DNA of 59,748 nt, counting the filler, from Asterionella formosa (lineage: Eukaryota), in NCBI GenBank assembly GCA_002256025.1. It is 5 parts of 5 records of this genome, joined end to end, with 100 filler letters (N's around TTAATTAATTAA, not from the genome) between each part and the next. Parts side by side here need not be neighbours in the genome. Positions count along the whole stretch, not along the records: positions 35,924 to 47,793 come from NKIB01008102.1; positions 47,894 to 59,748 come from NKIB01008110.1; 3 more parts are not named here. The stretch is one strand, 5' to 3'. Under the pieces are notes generated by a model. The model made no database searches. It had not been told where the DNA came from and saw only the letters and a list, made by a program, of their open reading frames with translations. Position numbers and translations under genes: made by a program. Position 1 is the stretch's first letter; every line of letters starts with the position of its first letter. This document shows positions 38,204 through 47,958 of this stretch, piece after piece.

Positions 38204-39529
38204 AAATTTTGTATATAAGTAACATGAATATGAATAAATTTTATGTTAATATGTAAATAATTGTACCGTCCAATCTTGTTGTTGTCGTGGTTGATTCGAT
38301 TAATGATGAACTTGTAAATCGAATTCAATTGCACAGAGGTTGATGTGCAATCATTGTTGTAGCTTTGTTGTAAGTGGCTGCTATAGGAACATGTTTGAGG
38401 CAGTCCTGTACAGTTTCAGCTCTAGCTTGCCCACTAGTATCAAGCTCAAGAGCTTGTCTACGTGAATCCAAGTGGCCCTCCGGTCGGATCATGCAGAAAG
38501 CTACACCTTCCCGGAGCTCAATAGGCGCGCAAGGGCTGGCCTTTGGAAACTCCCTAAGCCAATGCAACCATATTCGATGAAAGAATTTACTGTCGACCCC
38601 AAGCCATCTGCGGTTAGTGTTCTTAGGGCAGCCGAAGAGTATTTGATAATGCTGAAGGAGGACGAATCATTCCGTCAGTACAGTGATGGGGACGAAGAAG
38701 AACGAAACCGTCCACGCATTATAAAACGTGACATTACTGAAAAGACGAAAGAGCAAAACTGTCATGGGTCTGGGATTTCAATATGGTACCTGGGACTATG
38801 TCAACGGGAAGCTACTTTAGGATCTGCCATGCTCAACAATAAATGTTTCATAGATGAACCAAATAGTGTGCTCCCACACCACTTGATTCATTTACTTGTA
38901 GCACTGCTCATGGTGGAGATATTGATAAATCAAGGAGTGCAGGGGATTGTTCTCTTGTTTAGTAAACCAACTGAATAATACCAACATGGTCAATGCGATT
39001 TTAACAATATTTTAAGACGCAAAAAATAGTTTCTACAATAGGGTCAGGATTTTTGCTAATAGCAGGCTTACAGAGTCCACCTGATGGCCCCAGAAATTGC
39101 ACCCAGCCATCATTTTGAGTTGAACTGTTTGTGGGCCCCCAAGCTGACGAGTTTTATCCCAGAACATATAAAACAGTAACAGTACGACTTTTCTTTTCGG
39201 AGTGGCCAAAGCAGATGATCAAAAAACTTCTTCCAAAAACTGTAATGGTAGATTGACTAAGATGTGAGGTATTATTATCGAATTCATAATGGTTGAAAAT
39301 GTTGAAAATTGCACCTTCTAACTCGAACCCTATTTTGTACGAGTGGAAGATAATTTTATGTACTGTCAGTTTCGGTACCAGGTACCAGGTACCGTTCATG
39401 TACCGGTCGATTCTATCGAAAAAGTTTCCACACCACAGGCATTACAGCAAACTACCCCAGGAAATGTGAAAGGAGCAACAATATAACTGTCAGGATCAAG
39501 AAACTGCAGCATCATAAAGGTACTGTAAG

Positions 39530-40095
39530 ATGAGTGATACAGCCAATTTACCAACAAGTCTCTCTGCTATGCAACCAGAGACCGCTTCAATTGCATCACA
39601 ATATCAATCTGGATCGATTGAGCAGCAATTCTCAACAAGCGAAGCAGTAGCTGATGGCCAATCAACAACGGTGACCATCACAGAATCAGCGGTGTTGCCC
39701 CCTTTATCTGTCGATCAGGAAATGTTGACCTTATCCCTTAGAGCACGCCCTTCAGTCAGATGGTAAGAGCTCGGTGATAGTTGCAATGCAAGTATGACAC
39801 CAATTGATTTTTTCACGGCTTTGATGTATTTGTTTTTGCCAGGGACGAGGCCGTGGTCGACAATGAAGGAATGGGTCGGAAATCTTCCAAGCGATGTTGC
39901 ATTTTTCACAAACAAAAGGCATTTGGGGAATCTTCCACAGACTCGTCAGATTATGACAGCGATCGAAGCGGGTCTAGTGCGGCGAGCGCAGGTGCTAACG
40001 ACGACAATGGAGAACCGAAGAAGGCCAAGAAGCGCAATCGTAAGATTGCCCGACCAAAGAAGAAGATTCCCGACTCTCAGCGTTTTCACGCTTAG
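39530..40095 (+). CDS. PPP1R11: Protein phosphatase 1 inhibitor-3 / Ypi1 homolog; exons 39530-39762, 39843-40095
   Basis: Splicing the GT-AG intron 39763-39842 gives [29 protein letters not shown], i.e. the RVxW PP1-docking motif plus the family's conserved signature, followed by FGESSTDSS. Confidence 0.93.
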
Positions 40096-42984
40096 AGTAT
40101 AACGGCGAATCTTTTGAATGCAAGGCCACGACGCATGACTATCTCTTTTTTTATGTCCTTCACGAAATGTGGATTACCTGCAAGGTTTTTTTCAATTATT
40201 TGAATCATGTGTTCATTTTCCTAACATAATTCGGCCACGAACATGAGAATTGTAGCTTAGAAAGTTACAATTGATTTATTTTTGATCCTTTTTCAACCCC
40301 TCTGTAAGCCTGCCGGGTACACTGCAATCCGACGGCCTCTGTAGGACAGAATAAGTGCCCTTGCTAGGTAGGTTGTCGAGGAGAAACATGAAGTGGATTT
40401 CACCCTCCATGTCCTGGCTTTCCAATGCACCAAACAAGTTTATTCAACATATCTGTCAAATGTCACCTACTATGCATCCATTGCACATTGCCAGCTGGTG
40501 GTGGCAGACTTATTGTGAAGAAATTGAAATCTGAGAGGATTTGCATAGTGCATGTAGTATTCCTATAATGAGATGGAACCGAACAAAACATTGCAACAGG
40601 ATCATATGCTATGTACTGCTGCTGTGATCAAAATAAACTGCAACTGTCGAATCCCGGAATTCTAGTTGAGTCATAGAAGGGGATGATTGTAGTGAGCACT
40701 GCACCATTGTTTCCATTTACATAGAATACTGCTATATTTGTTCCAGGGTACAATGGTAAATTTGCTGACAAGATAACTCAGACATAGCAGATAGTCATGA
40801 CTGCCAACCCAATACCCTACCAGTTCTTTGTCTTGTCGGCATTTACCTTTTGATTTACCATTTTGTTAGCAACCTTGGCAATATGGTGCCTTTAAATTCA
40901 TCTGCATTGGATAGAATCAATTTGGAACATTTTGGTAAACGGTCTGAAGAGACAGTTCCCTTCACTAGGCTAAATGTTAGTCCTAGATTTCGGTAATGAA
41001 CTATACATGTTGTGGGTTAGTGGACATATCGCCAGGAGTATCAACACAGCTTACGCCTGTGCTCTCCTGGGTGGTTTATTCTTGTTTATTGCTTTTGAAG
41101 TAAGCCAATCTTGAATAGAGCATACCAGTTTGGTTGGAGCTAAGCCACGAGGCTGGCTAGTCAAATCCAAGTAAATTCAATCACCCTTAATTATTATTGC
41201 CGTGGTGTATTCACATGTATTTATTGCTATTGAGTGCTATACTCTCTTACATATACTAATGTGACCGAAGCACCCCTTGCCGACCAGCATCATTACACAT
41301 AGACTTAATATTGAGCATTTACTGTCGGGTTCTCAAAAGTGAGTGGCTTGGCACAGTTTAATTGCCCAGCATGTTGCAAACATTTCCCAACAGTGGGAGT
41401 AGTCTAGCTTTTATGCAAATCATCCATTCATTGGAAAGGTTACTTTTTCACCAACAAAGTACCTGGTATATCAGCAAGTTGCAGTAATTTTTGCTTCTTT
41501 GTGTTGCTCATTCCCAAAACTGACAAATATTTCCAGACTAAGGAGTCTTTGAGAAATCAAAGTTTGAAACTTCGAACGGTTTGCGCCCACTGACCGAAAG
41601 AAGCACGACAGGAAAAAACTCGAAAAAAGAAAAAAAGATTCCAACAAATTGTAATTTTGGGTTAAAGTACATAGGGAATACCGGCATTTGAGTTTAAGCA
41701 AATCGGCTCAACTGTAAGCCAAAAAAGTTTAAGCAAAATCTTGCTTACCGGTAGACTTGTAAAAACATAGCCCTTAATACCTATGTACATATAGCTGCCC
41801 ATGTCATGATGGACAAAGGAAAGTGAGTTACCGGCATCGGTCTCCCGGTATGTGAGCTATATGCCAGTAATACCGGTTCAATAATACATGTAGCATTTCA
41901 TAAAGCAAGGAGTGATACACTCAGGCTGGGATTCAAATGTATGATGTATGAAGAGGTTACTACACATAATTACAGGGCATTACCCTAGTTTCGACAGTAT
42001 ACTTAACATTTGTCGGCTTCCACCAATATAAAAGTGCCAACTCACAATGAATCAATTTTCATTTGATAAAAGATTTATTTCGCATCCTTTTCCTCGATTA
42101 TTCAAGTTATTGGTTTAGTCGTAATCTTATTTGTTTTGCAGCTACTGTGAAAGTTTCAAATCTGCTAGTACCATCATCATTTAAAAATGGTGCATCTCTA
42201 AATTATATGAAAAAATGTGCCATTGGCGACTTAAAATTTTCATTGTCAATATTAGTGTCATTAGAATAATTCTTTCATGATTGTACTATCTATGTCGTGT
42301 TTGACTTTTTTGCCTAGTATGAAGTTGAGTTTAAGAAAGGCTACCACAGTACTACAGTGCTGATCACAGAATTTAGTGGTACGTCAGCTACAGGGACCCC
42401 CGGGTCCAAAAAGTTAAAAAATCCTAGAAACGACCGATGACGAAAGGCGCTATCCAAGCGGCCAACAAGTCAAAGAAAGAACAAATCATTCATGTGGACA
42501 GAACCATAAGATAGTAATGAAATCTGACAGAAAGAGGAGGAGATGGAAAAGCGAACAAAGATTAACGCAGGAGTGGTTAAAGCCAGCAATTGCATGGATG
42601 TCGATTGGGCGTTTTTCACAAACACTACACACAGTTGGGGAAATCACGGCAATGGTATCAACATCACGCAAACAGAAGAAGAACCAGGCAAAGACAGTAA
42701 CAAGAGAAAACAAGAAAAGAAGGTTAACACCTTTTCCACTACAGTGAGCACTATCACAGTGCAAGAAGCAGAAGGATAGAAGAATGGCGATATGCCAAAT
42801 ATTAACAAGAATAGAAGAAGACAGAGAAATGAAGAAGTCACTGATGAAGAAATTGCGCCAGTGCTGCATGTGCTGCACAAAGCAATAATTTTTCTGATAA
42901 CGAAGACAAAAACAAAAACAATGAGTTGGAAGCTCTGGAATCACCAATTGTCATGGATACTGCTTTCTCATGTTTCATCAGAAT

Positions 42985-43055
42985 ATTCACTATTTTCATC
43001 ATGGTCAATGCTGCAACAACATGATGATGAAGGATTCTCCAGCTGCTTGCTACTA
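42985..43055 (+). repeat. ~70-bp dispersed direct repeat (second copy ~45385-45455)
   Basis: TTTTC.TCATGGTC...GCTG..ACAACATGATG......ATTCTCCAGCTGCT occurs at both sites. Confidence 0.7.
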
Positions 43056-43364
43056 CACAACTACCAGTACTACTACACTATAACGTATTATATATACAAA
43101 CGAATAGCAGTATTTCAGCTAAATAATCATATTCCAGAGCAGGTACATATCATACCAGGTACCTTGTGCATGAATCCAGTCATATGTATTATCAAGTATC
43201 TGTATGCAACAGACTTTGTTCACTTCTTCATCTTACATACTTACTAAGTACCAGGTACTGGTACATGTTTTCCGGTGCGTATTCAGTATCATAATTACCT
43301 AGAGTATGATTAAGTAGGTTATATGTGACTGCGATGGCAGCAGCGTTGAAATGATACCAACACA

Positions 43365-43529
43365 AAAGTAAGCAAAATTGCTAATTTAAAGAAATGAACT
43401 TTAAGCAAACCTACTTTAAGCAAAACGGTCCTACTATAAGCAAAACGAACAAGAAGCAAATGGCAGACTAAGCAAAATAGATTGGTCTCAATATTTAGGC
43501 TAAATCAGATTAAAGCTAATTTTTTAGTG
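43365..43529 (-). mobile_element. CACTA/EnSpm-like transposon terminus with subterminal repeats
   Basis: The reverse complement starts CACTAAAAAAATTAGC at 43529. About six (T)AAGCAAA(A) motifs precede it, and the same motif clusters at ~41695-41745. No partner terminus was found. Confidence 0.55.
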
Positions 43530-43591
43530 GAACAACAAGCCGGTCGGGTTGGTTTATTAAACGGATATTAAGAAGAGACACATGTATTAAT

Positions 43592-43622
43592 TTGGAATTG
43601 GAATTGGAATTGGAATTGGAAT
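43592..43622 (+). repeat. (TTGGAA)5 microsatellite
   Basis: ttggaattggaattggaattggaattggaat. Confidence 0.9.
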
Positions 43623-44924
43623 CAGTATTACCGGTATGAAGTTGTACATGGAACTAGATATAGCAATATAACTGCAACTTGCAGTTATTGTCTTGTCATT
43701 CAGGTATTTCTAAGCAATTTTTAGGCCGTTAAGTAATTTTTATTGAGGGGCAATATGGGGCACATCGAAATTTTCGGCATGAAAATTGCAGATTTTAGCA
43801 TGACAGCCAGAATAACTTTGGTAATATGCATAGAAATGGTAAAACAAGCATCGAACACACAAGAATGATTGTAACATGCAATATCAATGAAAATTAAGCA
43901 TGATTTTCGAAGAAACCAAAGTATGACATGCAATGTAATAAGTACCATTAAATGCGAAATAGAAAATATTGTTTTGGGTTAGAAATGAAGCAAAAATAGT
44001 AGTTTCAGTGGAGATGTATGCATTGTAGTACTTACAAAGGCAACATTGACTTTCCATGCATTACACAATCGAAGACCGAAGTAATACAGAAAAGAAGAAA
44101 GAGCTGAACCCAATTGAGATCTGCATCGTCATGCAGTGTAGATGATCTGGTTGCTGCAACCATGTACATAGCTGTAGTAGCCTGACGAAAGTAGCAATCC
44201 TTCCGCCCACAGTTGTTCCTCCTACCAAATAACCCTGATCATTCCATTCTGAGCAAAGCGTGATTGCCAGACTGCTCCAGCACTATCGACGCCCTCTAGC
44301 TAAATATTGATATATAGCTGTTTCACGGTTGTGCTCACCGATCCGCTCTAAATAGCATAACAAGCAGCAGATGATGGGATGCATCAAGAGAAATTCGAAA
44401 GGTCGCTGTTGCAAGCCCAAATTGAGCAACGGCAGGCAAGATAGAGAATAGAATTATATTCGTGATAACGAAATCGGGTCTTTCCTAGTGCGGAGTGGAG
44501 GGGGCGGGAGAGGAAATGAAACATCATATGACACATCAAAATAATAGGAACCGATAAACAGAAATTGGTGCCGGTTGGAATATTGCATGAATATCAAGTC
44601 AGCAACAAAATGATGAAGCAAAAGTTCAAAATATGCAACAAACAGACACAGTTGGTATTTTAACTGCAGATTATTGGAGTTTAGGTGATGTGAGTAAGCT
44701 TTTTGCTCCGGTCAAAAATATGGGACTATTGCAGATGTCAAACAAATTGACCAAATTTAACTATTTGTAGTTAACACTCTAAGACTAGGATAAAGTTATA
44801 TTTATAATGATGCTGGTATAGAAGTACTTACTTACTACAATTCCCTTCTTTGCGTATTTTGAGTAGGGCGAGAATAATGAAGGGTGGCTACTGGTGGACC
44901 TACAACCATAAAGAGTAAAAGAAA

Positions 44925-45160
44925 AAGGGAGGTTGGAATGGAAAAGCAAAGGGATTGGTATTGTAGGATTTGTGGGAACGAGGATGCATTGAGACCCCAA
45001 AAATGTTGACAAATACAAACCTACCAGAAAAATCAAGGGATACCTACTTAATAATAAAACTATCTACAAGCCCACGCCACCTGATGTCGATATGCCTCTA
45101 CTTCATCAATGAAGAAGGTATGATGGAACATGTGTGGGAAAACCGGGGGTGAGCTTGTCT
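44925..45160 (+). pseudogene. Fragment of the same IS630/Tc1-like transposase family as 30330-31300
   Basis: GWNGKAKG..LWERGCI...STS.RHLMS.C..FINEEGMMEH. The DNA shares AATGTTGACAAATA, GCCACCTGA and ACTTCATCAATGAAGAA with the reverse complement of ~30520-30740. Confidence 0.65.
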
Positions 45161-45574
45161 TGAAGCTAGATATTCCAGGGACGTGGCTGACTGACAAGAA
45201 GACAGGTGCCGTTGTACCATATGGACGAATAAGACCTGTACTCATTGTGTTCAGCCATTGAAGTGGGTGCGATTATTGAATAGCTTTAACATCACACTAC
45301 AAGATTTTTTAAAGGTTGTATTTTCTATATCGTGCTTAATATACATAACCAATAGCAAATCATCGCTCTAATTTTCCATGAAGATTATCATTTTTTCGTC
45401 ATGGTCGAGGCTGAGACAACATGATGCACCATGCATTCTCCAGCTGCTCACGACGACTACACAGTACTTAGAAGTGTTATACCCGGTATATGTATATATT
45501 GTATATACACACGAATCGAATAATCTAAGTTTAATAATTACATTATACAACGAGTGCTACCTCGGGTACCCTAA

Positions 45575-46502
45575 GGGCCGTTTGTATCAAATTTATCATT
45601 TGTCGTCATTGGTGTATCATTTCCGGGTTTTGCTTCGAAAATGGCAGTCTGTATCACTGACGGAATTTTAGGTCTGATCACTGGTGTATCACTGATATAG
45701 TTTTTGGACCCCTGACCAATGCTGTATTAGTGATACAGCCGTTAATTGCTGTGAATCACATCCGTTGTCACTGATAAAATAAGCGTAAACACGCCAGCAT
45801 CACATTAATATTACGTCAACTGCAATTCAGTTTGTTGTTTGTTGGAAATCAACCACATCGTTCCAACATGACGACACTGGCTGCCACAATCGATACCATC
45901 ACACTATTTTTGCTTGGTGCCCTCTCGTCATATGATAGTTATAGATGCTGCGGTAGTGGTAGTTATGGCTCCAGTCGTTGCTGAAACAACTCAAGAGTTC
46001 TGTTTTATTCCTATAAATAGACGAATATTTTTTCCATTTTAGATTTGAAATTTCTTACGCAATTTAAAAGGTTTATCAATGATTATTTTTTTATTTGTAT
46101 TGTTCAAACTATGATAGTATATTAGACCTCAATTTTAATGGATAAATTCGAGATAAAAACTATGATCAATGCATTGCCTACAAGGTGTTTACAAGTCTCC
46201 CAGTAGCATACATGTATAACAGTATTCTCTGTTAAAGAAATTAGTTAATCTATACCGGGATGTATAGCTCTATTCAAAAGCTATATATAAATATTGCTAC
46301 TCATATATATTGAAATGTTTGTCACTGGCCTGTTGTGGTTGACGGCCCTTGTTACACCATGATATACTGTGATACAAATTAGTGATACAATTTTATGCTG
46401 AGAATGGATAAAATTCAGTTCAAATCTACTTACCATTGCTGATACACTTTTCAAAAAATTTCAAATGTAGTGATATCCGATGAAAAATAATAAGAATGTC
46501 CC
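45575..46502. mobile_element. PIF/Harbinger (Tourist-like) non-autonomous element, 928 bp
   Basis: TAA on both flanks (45572-45574, 46503-46505). The imperfect TIRs are GGGCCGTTTGTAT and GGGACATTCTTAT. GTATCA subrepeats on the left mirror TGATAC subrepeats on the right. Confidence 0.65.
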
Positions 46503-46978
46503 TAAGCAGCATGAGTCCACCATGCATGCATACAGTGATATGGGATAATAGAGTTATATTGGGTACCACTAGTTGTTACTTATGATGATGATACCAGGTA
46601 AGCAATCTGGCTCAACTACAGACACACCAACTGGGTTTGGTTTATATTTAACTTCATTTATTAAGCGCCTTAAGACTGCTCAAGTATTAGTAGGGTAGCC
46701 CGTGTGGCGCTTCCTGGCATTGACGGCCTAGGCTGTATAAAAATCTTAACCAACCCAGTATCAACCGGAGGCAAACTAATGCCTCATTAAAAGATCAAAC
46801 CAAGCCATCTGCCTTTCCTCAGTCATCAAGATATGGGGACAGATTAACTCACCAGTGCCAGAATACAGCATTTACAGCACTCATAATTTCCCCTAGTCTC
46901 ATTTGAGAGAGCGTATCCACCCTTTTTCCCGCCTTGCAGCGCCCAAAGTCACCACGTTTGTTGGGTCTGCGCTGGCAC

Positions 46979-47270
46979 TTTGAGCTACACAATAACTACT
47001 GTGTATGCAATGAGCTACAAACATATGAAAGAATCAACAGAAACAACAAGAAACTCAAGGAGCTTGATGAAAATGAATGGAATGCAACAACATGCATCAT
47101 TCAATTGAAGAGCACATGTGCCAATGGTACTGGCATCAGAAGTGGGTCTGCACCAGCGCTTTGAGCTACACAATAACTACAGTGCATGCAATGAGCTACA
47201 AACACATGAAAGAATCAACAGAATCAACAAGAAACTCAAGGAGCTTGGAAAAATGGCTGGAATAAGATGC
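46979..47270 (+). repeat. ~105-bp direct duplication, period ~181 bp
   Basis: TTTGAGCTACACAATAACTAC.GTG.ATGCAATGAGCTACAAACA.ATGAAAGAATCAACAGAA.CAACAAGAAACTCAAGGAGCTTG occurs at ~46979 and ~47160. Confidence 0.9.
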
Positions 47271-47645
47271 ATTTTCATTCAAGAACAGTCATGATGATCA
47301 TGTCACCACATTTCATTTTGATCCAAACAGATCCTAAAGCTACACAATATTATCAGAGTCTGCCATGAATACCACAAAAGGCAAGGCAAACAAACACATG
47401 GGCTGCTAGCGTACAGTCTGTGCGTATGGTGCTCACTCATTGCCATTACATTGTACCTGGTAGTCGGGTTAACAGTGTGTGCCGATACTTTGTATAATGC
47501 TTGTTGCAGTCTGCTGCATTCTACTATTCCAGGGTAGAATATCAGGTACCAGTACCATTGTACTGGTAGCCTACCTGTATCTATTATCGGCACTCCGCCC
47601 GCAGTTCCCAAACTTTTCCTTTTTTGGGAATCTTGAACTTAAAAG

Positions 47646-47793
47646 ATGGTACAAGGCGTTCATATCGAAGATGGTTTCATCATCAATATTAACCCAGCTA
47701 CTGGAGAGGTTTTGTCTCGAATCAAGTGCACATCAGCCTCAGAAGTAGACGAAATTGTCAAGAATGCCAAGGAGACTGTTTCAAGTTGGATGG
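47646..47793 (+). CDS. Aldehyde dehydrogenase family, N-terminal fragment (truncated by the scaffold end)
   Basis: INPATGEVL....TSASEVDEIVKNAK....W is the typical ALDH N-terminus. Confidence 0.8.
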
Positions 47794-47893
47794 NNNNNNN
47801 NNNNNNNNNNNNNNNNNNNNNNNNNNNNNNNNNNNNNTTAATTAATTAANNNNNNNNNNNNNNNNNNNNNNNNNNNNNNNNNNNNNNNNNNNN
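47794..47893. other. Artificial scaffold linker
   Basis: N44-TTAATTAATTAA-N44. Confidence 0.97.
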
Positions 47894-47958
47894 TTTATTC
47901 GAACTAATGAGCGCAACAACGTTAAGCAGAACAGAAAACGACACAATCAGAAAGCAAG

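Noticed and set aside
43592..43622. Interstitial telomeric repeat
   Set aside because: The unit is TTGGAA, not TTAGGG, and there are only five copies.
11877..47893. TTAATTAATTAA motif recurring every ~11.97 kb as a biological periodic signal or piggyBac TTAA site
   Set aside because: It is always centred in N44 padding; this is a synthetic six-frame-stop linker.
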